Source of the DNA: an uncultured virus (IMG/VR IMGVR_UViG_3300020577_005824)
Taxonomy: Duplodnaviria; Heunggongvirae; Uroviricota; Caudoviricetes
Length of the DNA stretch: 64,000 bases
Virus record (IMG/VR): IMGVR_UViG_3300020577_005824
Direction: 5' to 3' (one strand)
The notes below the pieces were generated by a model that did no database searches, had not been told where the DNA came from, and saw only the letters and a program-made list of their open reading frames with translations. Positions 26,826 to 38,400 of the stretch are shown here, piece after piece. A program made the translations under genes and the position numbers. Positions within the stretch are counted from its first letter, which is position 1; the number at the start of each line of letters is the position of its first letter.

Positions 26826-27535
26826 CAGATACACCAAGAATTATAGCGGATGAATGTTTGCTATCCATAAAACAAACATTTGATGATAGGCAGGTAAGTC
26901 AAGCTCAAGTTATTTATTGGGTAATACTTGTTGGTAATCAATTATTAGGGCAGCATAATCAAAAAAGAGATTCTGGCGCGTTTTTAGCTACTTATACAGG
27001 TATTCCAGTCCAAAAGTCATCCATATCTACAAATCCAAATATTGTTAAAGGAAGGAAGTATATAGAGCTTCCTGCTGGTATTTTTGATTTTGATAAAGAT
27101 GGTGGAGTTGAGTATATCGCATATTATAATCCTGATGAAAAATGCGATCCTGAATTTAGACATAAAACAATTCAAAGAACAAATCCTACAGAAGTACAAT
27201 GGCTAATGCTTCGAAAAGAAACAAAGCCTTCCCCTAAAAATCCATATTGGTATAGAACTGGCGAAATAATTTATTTGCTAGGAATAGAAGATGTTCCAGT
27301 TAAAGAAATTGAAATGGGAATATACCAAACAATAGACCCTTTAACTAAAATTGATATCGATAAACCATTTCCTTTCCCTCAAGAATTATTGCATGTTTTA
27401 AAACGTCAGGTTATCGATTTAGCTAGATTTAGCTTCTTGTTCCCATCAGACAGACAGAATGATGGAGATGATTCTGAACCTACTAAAAATGTTCCAAAAA
27501 TAACAAGTGTAAATGACCAAAATAACACTCAGTAA
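26822..27535 (+). CDS. tail ring / tubular-like protein
   Basis: synteny; IELP...FPFP pattern. Confidence 0.55.
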   Translation: MTDTPRIIADECLLSIKQTFDDRQVSQAQVIYWVILVGNQLLGQHNQKRDSGAFLATYTGIPVQKSSISTNPNIVKGRKYIELPAGIFDFDKDGGVEYIAYYNPDEKCDPEFRHKTIQRTNPTEVQWLMLRKETKPSPKNPYWYRTGEIIYLLGIEDVPVKEIEMGIYQTIDPLTKIDIDKPFPFPQELLHVLKRQVIDLARFSFLFPSDRQNDGDDSEPTKNVPKITSVNDQNNTQ

Positions 27536-27537
27536 TA

Positions 27538-28347
27538 ATGAATACAGGTAATTACATAACTCCGGAAACCATATTGTTTAATGCTTCAGTAAACTCTGGC
27601 GACATGGGATACAAGTCATTTCCAAAAGGTTTTTACATGACTCTAATTCAAGATGCATTTGAGGAGTTAAACATGACTTCATTCTTTGCTGAGGAAAGAG
27701 CAGACTTTGATTTTCCTATGGATAATCTTACTCTTCCATTACCAAAAGGATGCATAAATGTAATGAACATCTATGTGTATTCAGGAAGTGAATGTAATCC
27801 TAATAATAGCAGGAAAATTTGGTGGAAACGAAATTACTATACAAAAGGAGGTCCAGGATATATTGCTAACGACAAAGGTAGAAACATGATGGATCCGTTC
27901 TTGGAAAATCATTTTACCGTAAGTAATACAGATAAATCATTGATTAGATACGATGCTGCAGATAGTGTAAATCAAACGCTATACTACAATATTCAAATGG
28001 GAAACATAATGTTTAGTTCATCGTGTCGCTCCGCAGGAAATAAAATACATATTCATTATAGAGGAATTGGTGGAGATGTAACAGAATCTCCAATTATCCC
28101 AAGATATTACAAACAAGCTATAGAGGATTTTGTAACAGAAGGTGTTTTAAGAGCTAGAATGGCAAACGAGCCTTCTAATATAAAATTCCTTCAACCTTTA
28201 TGGATGATGTATAATTCTAAATTAGATAAAAATGGCATGAACGGATCTTGGTTTAATGCTATACAAATGGTAAGAGATATGAACACTTCTCAATCTGCTG
28301 AATTAGCTGAATATTTATCTAAAATGGCAAGTTCAAGAGGTCTTTAA
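27538..28347 (+). CDS. tail ring / tubular-like protein
   Basis: synteny; LPLP...IHYRG...PIIP..YKQAI pattern. Confidence 0.55.
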   Translation: MNTGNYITPETILFNASVNSGDMGYKSFPKGFYMTLIQDAFEELNMTSFFAEERADFDFPMDNLTLPLPKGCINVMNIYVYSGSECNPNNSRKIWWKRNYYTKGGPGYIANDKGRNMMDPFLENHFTVSNTDKSLIRYDAADSVNQTLYYNIQMGNIMFSSSCRSAGNKIHIHYRGIGGDVTESPIIPRYYKQAIEDFVTEGVLRARMANEPSNIKFLQPLWMMYNSKLDKNGMNGSWFNAIQMVRDMNTSQSAELAEYLSKMASSRGL

Positions 28348-28357
28348 AAAATAATCT

Positions 28358-31300
28358 ATGAATCAGGAAAATCAACCATACCATTCTTCTTCTTATTATA
28401 AAGGGGCAAACGTAGATACAGAGCCTGAATTATCATTTTCTAAACCATCTACCGGAATATATTTTGATGGAAGAAATTGCAGACCAACATCTGTTGATGG
28501 AGAAGACGGAGCATTGTCTAAAATAAAAGGGCACGTTGTACTTTATCCAGATAATGTTGGAACAACAGGATACAAATGTTTAGCTGCTTTTTCTGTTAAT
28601 GGAAATAAGGTAGATTTATGGGGATCTTCTAATCCAGGATTCCCTGGAATAATGAGAATAAACGGAATAGTTGTTTTAAGTTCAGTATTATTTGAATTAA
28701 GAGCAGACCGTCCTATACAATTTGATAAAAATGAAGATTTTCAAATGGGTGAATTTTTCATTACAGACAACAGAGTTCCTCCATTTGAATTTAGCGTTAA
28801 GGATTTATTAGACTCAGTTACACTTGATCCAAATAAATATTTCTCAAACTTTAACCCTTTACTGTACCAGATAAATTTACAATCTCCTCTTGATATACCT
28901 GTATTTATAGAAACAATAAATGTAGGTGGCGGTGGAGGATTACCAGTTGGTCAATATCAATATCAAATTAGATATGCGTCTGCCGAAGGAGACAGAACTG
29001 GCTGGTCTCATCCAACACCACTTATACCTATAGGAGAAGCGCTTTCAAGTTCTAGTAGAGAATATCCTTGGATAAAAACTTATGGAGGTCCACCTGCTCC
29101 AAGCTCAGTAACTTCATTTGCTCCAAAATTAAGATTCAGAGTAACTAATTTATATAACTATGATTACATTGAAGTAAAGAGAATACCTTATAATTCTGGC
29201 GCAGGAATAGAATTTACTCCGAACGGAATAATTGTAGCCAAAATAGATGTTTCTCCTGGAGAAATAAGCGTAAGAGAATATATAGACCCATCAGAGGCAA
29301 ACGTAAACATACCACTTTCTGCAGAAGATGAAACAAGAGAGCTTGTAGAGGTTGAAACAGCAAAATCATTAAGATATTTCGACAGAAGGCTTATTTTAAT
29401 GAATGTGAAATTAGCCTCAAAAGAAGCTCAGCTTACATTTAAAGAAATTAATGGAAAACAAGGTTTCCCTGTAATAGATAAACTATATAAAGCAGGATAT
29501 AAAGACCCATGGAATCATGTTTATAAAAGATCTGCTTTCCGTGGTGAAAAATACGGAATAGGAACAGCTTTATATGATGGAGTTGGAACAAAAGGATTCA
29601 CTACACCAATACCGCAACTAAAAGATTATAAATTCCCCGACAGAAGGGATCCTATATCTTCAGACACGGCAAACTATTCATTTGGAGGAACACCAAAAGC
29701 TGCTGACACAAGCGCATCTAATGCTGTAAGTCAAACACATGAGGTATTTGACTTGGGAGACCCTGTTTATAAATCAAATGAATGCGACTTCAAAAATATT
29801 GTTCATCCAGGAAGAGTTTTAGGTTTAACAGGAACAAGAGGTAAGTCAAAGGTAAAAAAGGATTGTGATGAAACCGATGCTGAAATAGAAAACCACGGAG
29901 CTGACGTTAGTTTAGCATCTTTGGTTTCAGTATCTTATCAACCATATACGCCTGTAAGACAGGGAGACCCAGATGTGTCTGGCCATAATTATGTTTCTAC
30001 AATAAAAGTTGGTGTAAACAATGTTACAGCAGACCCTGTAACTGGAGGCGCTCTAACAGGAGACGACTATAATTTCAGACCGTCAGGATTTTCTCCAGAC
30101 TATTACGCTCAGGGATTAATGATAGCTGGAATACAAAATTTCCCTAAGTGGGCAAAAGCATTTTCTATAGTGAGAACAAATGCTGCAAAAAGAGTATTGT
30201 GTCAAGGTTTAGCATATTACTCATTAACAAAAGGGAAGTTTAAACTACTTACAGATCAATCTCTAGGAGGAAAAGAAATGAATAAATTCAACTTTTTTTC
30301 TCCTGATATAGAGAACGGAATAGTTTCTAGTGATACAGTAAACGATATAATTGATAATCCTCAAAATTATAAACTTGAATTTGTTTCTCCGTTAGGGTTT
30401 TTCTCTGAATTTTATTCAGCAGAAGATAATTTAACTGTTCCAGGAAGAGATAGAGATAGATGTATTGACATGATATCTTATGTTAGATTGTTAAGAGACT
30501 TAGCATCTGACCCAAACAATCAAATAAATCCAACTGAAGACTCTGGAATGGGTGTTCCTGGTGGTGATGGATACAATTACGTGGCTTACGATAAATACAG
30601 AAATACAGGCCAAAACCCAAACACTTTTGGAGGAGATTCTAATAAGGGACATCGATTAATTGATATTGCTCAAGTAAAAAGAAAAGCGGAAGGAAGAGGT
30701 ACTTTTATAGAAATAGAAACTGTAGATAATGTTTACGGAAAAGCATCTGTTGGAGGAAACTCTGAATCTAATTTTGAAGACCAAGGATTAAAAGATTGGA
30801 CTGAGCCAATCTACATTGTTAATATTGTTAGAGATGGGGCCGAGATAAGAGACCAGAATATTCAAAAATATAAACAAACTAATCATTACCAAAAACTAGA
30901 ATCTATCATAGGTCGCTCTAAAGGTGTCCTAGGAGAGAAATTTCAGTTAGTAGATGAGAGGTGGGAGGACTGCATACCGGCACCACTATCTTCTAACTAC
31001 GGAGCCTCTACTGATAGATATATATATGTTAAAAAGCCGGATGGAACGGTACAGAAATGGCTAAATGTAACATATAAAACAAACACCCAAATAAACGCTA
31101 TACTTGCAGATATAGCAGCTTACGGATCATACGGTTCTGGAGTTTATGGAGTTTACAAACATAATAATATTAATTCTGAAGGTAGATTTTTTGAGATATT
31201 ATTTAATGTAACAGGGTCTGTCCCTGTAGCGGATTCATTAATAATAGTTAAATATGATGATGCTGCTCCTATAAGAGTTTTTGGATTCGATACATTTGTT

Positions 31301-32854
31301 GGCGAAACTATATTTGCTCCAATAGATAGACAGTCTTCAGCAAAAGATAATGCTGCGGAAACTCAATTTGCATTTGGTATAGGGTTGCCTTTTAAGAATT
31401 TTAAAATAAACGCTAGACATTACACGATAAGAAAAGCTGGAGCATCTATCAATGCTATTCAAGATGCTGTTTGGTTTAAACTAGGATTCATAAGACAATT
31501 ATGTGTTATGTTTACCGTTGAGTCAAGAGCAGCTTGTCATTTAGCATACAATTCAAATTATCCAAATCAGTTCTTCCCAATGACAAACTATGTAATGAGG
31601 CCTAATCGTTGGGATATAGATAAGAATATTGTAGATAACCATTTATATCAAGATTACGAAGACGACTATGGTTCAGACGAAAAATCTCAATGGAAGTGGG
31701 GAGGATTTAGATTTCTGCCTCAAATAAACCCTGATTACTCAGTTGAGCCACGTATAGAGTTTTTCTCTAAGCCTGAATTTGGATTTATAGAAAAAACAGA
31801 GTTCAGGACTAGAACAATGTGGTCATTGCCAAGAGCTATAAATATACAAGATTCTCCAGGACTAAAAACATTTCCAGCAAACAATTCTTATGATATAGAA
31901 GATGATCAAGGGGAAATAAAATATGCTTACGACTGCATAAGCGATAGAGGCGAAAATCTATACGCTGTATGTGACAGAGGTATATGCCTGTTATTAACAA
32001 AGAAATCAATTTTATCAGATCTTAATGGTGGAAATGTAGGATACATGGCAGCAGATTCATTTGTCGCCCAACACTTATGGCTAAGTAAAACTATAGGGTC
32101 AAATGATGAGTTTTGGAGAGGTATAGCAGAAGGTTCAGTTCCTGAAGGAGAAGACTCTATATCAAGAAAAGAAGCATTATTTATTCCTAATAAAGAATCA
32201 GTATTCATGCTTTCCGGAAATTCAATATTAGACATAGGTAGATTAGATTATTATTCAAAAATTTACAATCAAGGCTTATCTAATATTTATCCAGGATTTA
32301 ACACGGATATGTGCGCTGTATATGATAACAAGTATCAGGAGTACATGTTGTTTATCAGAGGAAGTGTTGATAACATGTTCGTATTTAGCATGAAGAGGAT
32401 GTCTTGGGTTGGAACATACGATTTCAATTTCGATAAATTATATTCTGATGGAACCAGAACTTTTGGAGCTAAAAATTTTGAAATTCACGAGTTACATAAA
32501 GGATATCTTATTAATGGAAACCCTATAATTTATGAGGTTATACAAGGGGTTTCTCCTAATCAAGAATGGGGTAAAGAGTTTATCAGAATAAGAATAAACT
32601 CTGAACAAAAACCTACAAGAATAGAATTTTTCAAAAAAGATGGGATTGTTCTTTGCTCTGTTGACTCAACTAAAGGAATACTTTATGTTAAAGATTATAA
32701 TGGATGGGAAGCTTTTATACCAAGAACTGATTTCTCAATAGATAATAATCGCCCAAGATTACAAGATAGGTTGTTGTTTTTCAAAATTATTCATAACTTA
32801 GCATCAGAATTTTCATTGATAAATTCTGCTGTTCAGTTTAAACTTTTAAAATAA
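28358..32854 (+). CDS. tail stabilization / muzzle-like protein (1498 aa)
   Basis: KGANVD..P start, YQYQIRY...T.WS, RGEKY motifs; synteny with crAss-like podoviral tails. Confidence 0.65.
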   Translation: MNQENQPYHSSSYYKGANVDTEPELSFSKPSTGIYFDGRNCRPTSVDGEDGALSKIKGHVVLYPDNVGTTGYKCLAAFSVNGNKVDLWGSSNPGFPGIMRINGIVVLSSVLFELRADRPIQFDKNEDFQMGEFFITDNRVPPFEFSVKDLLDSVTLDPNKYFSNFNPLLYQINLQSPLDIPVFIETINVGGGGGLPVGQYQYQIRYASAEGDRTGWSHPTPLIPIGEALSSSSREYPWIKTYGGPPAPSSVTSFAPKLRFRVTNLYNYDYIEVKRIPYNSGAGIEFTPNGIIVAKIDVSPGEISVREYIDPSEANVNIPLSAEDETRELVEVETAKSLRYFDRRLILMNVKLASKEAQLTFKEINGKQGFPVIDKLYKAGYKDPWNHVYKRSAFRGEKYGIGTALYDGVGTKGFTTPIPQLKDYKFPDRRDPISSDTANYSFGGTPKAADTSASNAVSQTHEVFDLGDPVYKSNECDFKNIVHPGRVLGLTGTRGKSKVKKDCDETDAEIENHGADVSLASLVSVSYQPYTPVRQGDPDVSGHNYVSTIKVGVNNVTADPVTGGALTGDDYNFRPSGFSPDYYAQGLMIAGIQNFPKWAKAFSIVRTNAAKRVLCQGLAYYSLTKGKFKLLTDQSLGGKEMNKFNFFSPDIENGIVSSDTVNDIIDNPQNYKLEFVSPLGFFSEFYSAEDNLTVPGRDRDRCIDMISYVRLLRDLASDPNNQINPTEDSGMGVPGGDGYNYVAYDKYRNTGQNPNTFGGDSNKGHRLIDIAQVKRKAEGRGTFIEIETVDNVYGKASVGGNSESNFEDQGLKDWTEPIYIVNIVRDGAEIRDQNIQKYKQTNHYQKLESIIGRSKGVLGEKFQLVDERWEDCIPAPLSSNYGASTDRYIYVKKPDGTVQKWLNVTYKTNTQINAILADIAAYGSYGSGVYGVYKHNNINSEGRFFEILFNVTGSVPVADSLIIVKYDDAAPIRVFGFDTFVGETIFAPIDRQSSAKDNAAETQFAFGIGLPFKNFKINARHYTIRKAGASINAIQDAVWFKLGFIRQLCVMFTVESRAACHLAYNSNYPNQFFPMTNYVMRPNRWDIDKNIVDNHLYQDYEDDYGSDEKSQWKWGGFRFLPQINPDYSVEPRIEFFSKPEFGFIEKTEFRTRTMWSLPRAINIQDSPGLKTFPANNSYDIEDDQGEIKYAYDCISDRGENLYAVCDRGICLLLTKKSILSDLNGGNVGYMAADSFVAQHLWLSKTIGSNDEFWRGIAEGSVPEGEDSISRKEALFIPNKESVFMLSGNSILDIGRLDYYSKIYNQGLSNIYPGFNTDMCAVYDNKYQEYMLFIRGSVDNMFVFSMKRMSWVGTYDFNFDKLYSDGTRTFGAKNFEIHELHKGYLINGNPIIYEVIQGVSPNQEWGKEFIRIRINSEQKPTRIEFFKKDGIVLCSVDSTKGILYVKDYNGWEAFIPRTDFSIDNNRPRLQDRLLFFKIIHNLASEFSLINSAVQFKLLK

Positions 32855-32859
32855 TTGCT

Positions 32860-33771
32860 ATGAGTGGAATGCCATGGATGCAAATGGTTCAAGCAGGAGC
32901 CAATTCGGATGTAGGAAATACAGTAGGTGGGTCTGGTCAAGGTGGTGGAGAAAGAAAGAAAGGTGCCGGTTTCTTTGATTCTATAATGGGTAGAGCTAAG
33001 AGCGATAGCTCAAAAGCTACTAGCGGAGCCATGGGTTTAGGAATGGGTTTAATTCAATCCATTCAAGCAAAAAAATTAAAAGATAGAGCAAACTCTGCAT
33101 TTCCTGACTTAGTGGATCCTAGTCAAGCAGCATTCTTAGCAGAACTTGGGCAGAAAAGAAAATCTTTAGATACAGGTTCTGCATTTGCTACAGGCATGCA
33201 AAATATTGATGCTTCACAAGCTGGAACAAATAACGCTATAGTTCAATCGTCTGGAGGAGATGCTGGAGCAACAATGCAGGCTTTATTGCAAGCTCAAAGA
33301 GTAGCTGGAGATTCTAAAAATTCTGTAATTGCACAAGGTCAAAGTCAACAATTAGCATACACTCAAATGTATCAAGGTATGCTTGATCAAATAGCAGCAC
33401 GTAAACTTCAGTTGCAAATGCAGAGAAGTCAACAAGCTCAAGCCGAGTGGGCAGCTAAACAAAAGTCTGCTTCTCAGAATCTGATGACTGGAATAGCTGG
33501 TTTCTCAGGGGCAGGAAGCCCTGGTATGTCAGGATCAAAAGCAGGAGATTCTACAGGTACTCAACAATCATCAACAGCATCTCCAATAAATAACGGAGCA
33601 TTTGGAACAAATTGGTCAACTATGTTTGGTAAAAAAGAAACCCCTACACCTGAGTCTGCAGGAATATCTAACCCATCTACAATGATGAATGGAAAGGCTG
33701 ATGCCGCTCCAATGGTTTCCGGAAACAATTTACTTGGCAATGGATTATCTGAATTAACACTGAAGAAATAA
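32860..33771 (+). CDS. internal virion / ejection protein
   Basis: G/A/Q/S-rich; follows the muzzle-like gene. Confidence 0.6.
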   Translation: MSGMPWMQMVQAGANSDVGNTVGGSGQGGGERKKGAGFFDSIMGRAKSDSSKATSGAMGLGMGLIQSIQAKKLKDRANSAFPDLVDPSQAAFLAELGQKRKSLDTGSAFATGMQNIDASQAGTNNAIVQSSGGDAGATMQALLQAQRVAGDSKNSVIAQGQSQQLAYTQMYQGMLDQIAARKLQLQMQRSQQAQAEWAAKQKSASQNLMTGIAGFSGAGSPGMSGSKAGDSTGTQQSSTASPINNGAFGTNWSTMFGKKETPTPESAGISNPSTMMNGKADAAPMVSGNNLLGNGLSELTLKK

Positions 33772-33773
33772 AT

Positions 33774-35432
33774 ATGCCTGTAGATACATCTATATTCAGT
33801 AATATAAAAGGAGCACCAACTCCTACGTTAAATGTTGAGGATATAAAAAATTCTCCTTCTTATGCATTAAGTCCTGCTGAACAAGAAATGTTTAAGCAAC
33901 AACAATCTTCCATTCCTACATCTACAGGAGCATTAAATCCTACTGATTATTACCCAACACTTCACAGTCCTATTAATGTAGGTAATTATTCAGGTAGCGT
34001 AATAGGATCAACGACTTTATTTGCTCCGGAAGGCGCATTAGTTCCTATTGGAATGATGGACGCTAGAGACGCAGCAATACAAAAAGCAGCACTTCAAAAA
34101 GCAAAAGATGTTCAAGATTTTCAGGCTAATTTAAAAGCTAATGCTCCAACATCTAAACTTACAGGAATAAACGAAGACTTAACAAATTCTTATTTCAATC
34201 ACATAGAGTCATCTTGGAATAAAGCCTTAAAAGATAATGGCGGTGATCCAAATAAGGCTACTTTTGCACTAAAAAACAACCTTGATTTTCAAAGGAAATT
34301 AAAGTCTTACCACGATTTAAAATCTACTGGAGATGCTGTTATTAATAAAATAGCGGATGTTCAAGATAGAATGGCTAAAGGTGAAGTTGTTTCTCCTGAG
34401 CTAGCTTACTATATGAAAAAGGTTCAAGAATCAATGAATCCAGACAGCCCTGAATTTAAAAATCTTAGTGAAAATATATTTAAAATGGATGCTGAGCAGG
34501 AGCTTGGATCAACAATAAATAAATTAGCTAAGGATATTGTTATGCAGCAGGACGCGTCTGCCGGCATAGATGTCAATGATCCTGAATATATAAAAGAACA
34601 TGAATCTACTACAAAATATTTTTTACCAGAACATAAACAATATTTAAAAGACGCATTGAAGGCAATATATCCTAACAGCTCGCTTTACTCTCCCGAAAAG
34701 CTAGATAAGGCTGTTGAAGATTTTACATCAGCTATAGTTAAAACAAGTAAGGTCTCGGCTAGTCAGAAACGCGCTCCAGGAGCAGGAGAAGTAGAAGACT
34801 TAAATGTGGCTGATATTTCAAATGAAAAAGGCTCTTTATTGGGAACAGTTGTTCCTGACACAGAAGGAGGCACTAAAAAACAAGAGCCGAGAGAAGGCAA
34901 CTTCACTCAGCTTGACGGATTAACATTTAAACGTCCTGTAGATGTAGTTATTCCTGCAGGTGCTGATGTTACAGATATGACAACAGGTAAAAAACGAACA
35001 GACAAAGCTGTTAGAAATGCTACCATAGGAGGTATATATAACGCTTACACATATAAGGGACAAATAGTAGATGATGAATTTATGAAAGACCCTAAAAAGG
35101 CCAAATTAGCAAAAGTTGTTCCTATGGTAACGGCTATTTTCAAAGAGAAAGATGAAGAAGGTAAAGATATTGAAACTACAGGACACGTTCCTTTAGAGCA
35201 AGTTAAGAACTCGTTAAAAGGAAAACGTAACCAAAACGATAAGGTTATAGAGGAATACTTTAATAGAGCTAAAGAAAAAACTGATAAAATACAAAAAACA
35301 GGAAATGCTACTATAACAGAAACTCAGTCAAAGGGAGGAATGTATAGCATACAAGGTAAAACATACTCGTTATCTGATTTGAATAAAATGGGATATACTG
35401 AAGAACAAGTAGCACCATATAAAATGAAATAA
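33774..35432 (+). CDS. internal virion / ejection protein
   Basis: 552-aa helical ORF in the cargo block. Confidence 0.55.
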   Translation: MPVDTSIFSNIKGAPTPTLNVEDIKNSPSYALSPAEQEMFKQQQSSIPTSTGALNPTDYYPTLHSPINVGNYSGSVIGSTTLFAPEGALVPIGMMDARDAAIQKAALQKAKDVQDFQANLKANAPTSKLTGINEDLTNSYFNHIESSWNKALKDNGGDPNKATFALKNNLDFQRKLKSYHDLKSTGDAVINKIADVQDRMAKGEVVSPELAYYMKKVQESMNPDSPEFKNLSENIFKMDAEQELGSTINKLAKDIVMQQDASAGIDVNDPEYIKEHESTTKYFLPEHKQYLKDALKAIYPNSSLYSPEKLDKAVEDFTSAIVKTSKVSASQKRAPGAGEVEDLNVADISNEKGSLLGTVVPDTEGGTKKQEPREGNFTQLDGLTFKRPVDVVIPAGADVTDMTTGKKRTDKAVRNATIGGIYNAYTYKGQIVDDEFMKDPKKAKLAKVVPMVTAIFKEKDEEGKDIETTGHVPLEQVKNSLKGKRNQNDKVIEEYFNRAKEKTDKIQKTGNATITETQSKGGMYSIQGKTYSLSDLNKMGYTEEQVAPYKMK

Positions 35433-38400
35433 TGGAAGAGTCAACAGGAACAGATCCTTTAGGGATATTAAAAAAAGCGCCTAGTAAAGAATCACAAGGC
35501 AGTGATCCTCTAGGTATTCTTAAAAAAAAAAGTCCAGAACCTACATTTCACAATCAGTTTCGGAAGGTGGTACATCAGGATTAACAGCTACTCCTTCGGT
35601 ATCATCAAACACTCCAACTGAGACATATCAAGTTAAGCCGGGTTCTAATTTTAATCCATTTACTCAGACTCCTAATGAAGTTAAGGGTCAAACTGCTCTT
35701 GGAAACAAATTGCCTATCTCTACAGATTTAAAATCCATTGGAACATCTTTGGGAGGAAAATCTATTGTTTCAGATTCAAACATATCAAGAAATCAAATTA
35801 AATCTCAATATGATTCTGAAACTAAATCAATGGTTGACTTATACGATAAGTACAAGAACACCAGAGCTTCAGAACAAGCATCTTTAGGGAAAGAACCGTT
35901 TGCTCTTGATGACAATAAAAACACTATAGATTTTTATATGTCTCACATAAAGCAAACTAATCCTGAAGAGTATAATTACATGATTCAAAAGCAAGAATCA
36001 TTATCAAAAGATAAAAAAGCACATGAATTAGCTGGTCAAACAGAAGATGTTCAGGAGGACGACTTAATGATTCAAAAATCACATGCAGATCTTCTTCAAA
36101 AAGCTTTAGCGCTTAAAACACGAGTGATGTCAGGGAAGTATGACTTGGCATCAAATGCTATTAAAGATAATTATGGAGATGTCATAAAAAACTTAAATGA
36201 ATCAACTACAAAAGCACAAGATGCTGCTACTAAAATACAAGGAATTGATGACTTCTTGAAAAATAATTATAAGTTTGATGAAAATGGTCAAATAATGACT
36301 ACTCCTGCTAATAAAAAGGAAGTAGAAGATTTATTGAATAAAAGAAATGAATTTATAAGTGAGCATAATCTGCAGTCTGAGAACATAAAAAATATTCAAG
36401 GAAATGAAGATTTTAACAATGCTTTATCATTACTTGATGAGACCCAGAAAACATACGATTCTTTAGAAAAAACATATACAGATATTAAGAATAAAAATCC
36501 AGACGCATTTAAAGGATTGCCTGAATACAGAAAGCAATTACTTAACGAGCAGAGAAAGCAATTTTCTAAAGATTTAAAAGAAGCTGCTACTGGAGGAACA
36601 TTAGCGATACCTGAAAGTATTGGGAGGGGAGTTACTGGAATAATATCATCATTATCATTTATGCCAAAATCATTATCTCCTAATAGCGACTACGGATGGA
36701 CAGATAAACTTTATGATGTAGTTAAGTCAAACGTAGATGATTTTGATGCTGAAAACAATCCATTGCCTACTGGATATGATAAGCCAGTGTACGAAAATGG
36801 AGAATGGAATTTAAAATATCTTCCAGGAAAAATAGCAGGAACACTTACAGAAATGGCTCCTATAATTGCAATTACAGCAGCTACAGAAGGCGCTACTGCA
36901 GGAATGTTGGCAAGGGCTGGTGCTTCTGGAGAACTTGGTACATCTCTTGGTTCTTTTGCCGGAGAATATGTAGCGGTTGCAAATGATTTTTATGATGAAG
37001 CTAAAGCGTCCGGCATGAGCGAAAAAGAAGCCATGTCTTTTTCAAGAAGTGCTGCTACAACACAAGCTGTATTAGGTACACTTTCTCCTGATATAAAATT
37101 AGCGAGAAGAAACGCTTTTAAGGAAGGACTGGAAGAATATACTAAACAAATAGCAAAGGGAGTATCTGTTAAAGATGCTGTAAAAGAATCAGCTAAAGGA
37201 TTCGCTGAAAAACTAATTAAAGAGGTTCCTCAAGAGAATTTGCAGACATGGGCTGAGATACAAGATAAAAATGATATGTATGAGAAAATGGGTCTTAATG
37301 AAAAGATTCAAAATTCAGTTAAAAAAGATTTAATTGAAACAACTATACTTTCATCTTTGGTGACTCTTGGGCTAGGAGCAAATGGAGTATCTACTCCTTC
37401 AAGAATGCAGAAAGAATCATTATTTATGGCTGCTAGTCAGCCGGAAGAAATAATGAAGGCTGCTCAAAATATGCTTGTCGCAGATAAAATATCCCAACAA
37501 GAGTTTAACGATATTACCATGAAGGTAGCAAAGGCAAACTTCGCGCTTTCTAAAATGGACAAATCTTTGTCTGCTGAGCAAAAATCGAAAGCACTTATTC
37601 CATTAATGGAAAAACTTGACCTTAAAGAAGAAGCTGCTAAACTTGATGATTCTCAAAAGGAATTACTTGATGAGAAAATTGCTAAAAAAGACGCTGAGAT
37701 AAAAGGAATCGTTTCTTCTCCAAGCGATGAAGAAATAGAAAATGCAAACGAAGCTGAGGCATTCTTTAACCGTATTAAAGAGCAGCACACGAAAGATAAT
37801 GCCGCTAAAGTAGAAATACCTGCCTCTGAAAATAAAATGCAGAAGGAGGGTTTATTTGAGGTTGATGACAGCCAAAAATCTCAACCTATAGAACTTTCTA
37901 CTCAACCTGAAAACGCTATAGATAAACCTGGAGATATTGTAGAAGAATCTACTAATAACACTAAGGACACAGAGGCTAAGATAGCTGAGATTGAAAAAGC
38001 TATAAAGGATAATAAGCTTAATTTCTTTAATGAGAAAATTGACAATAATACTTATTGGAAAAATCAAGACGCTCTTGAAAGAGATTTAGCTAATCTTCAA
38101 AATCCAGCTGCTCATAAAGCAGAAACTTTAACTACCGAAGAAGTTGCAACTAAAGAAACTCCGACTATTGAAGACGTTAAGCCATTAGAACCTGAAGTTA
38201 AGACTGAAGAAGTTGTTGCACCTGTTGCTGAAAAAACAACACCAAAAGAAACTTCCGCTAAAAAAGAAACCCCTTCTCAAAAAACAGCTACTCAGATATC
38301 TGCAGAGCAAAATATGATTGATGAAGAAGATGTCTTGGAAGATGAAATTCCTTCATCTATAAAAAATGCTAAAACAGAGGAAGATAAAGCAAAAGCTGAA

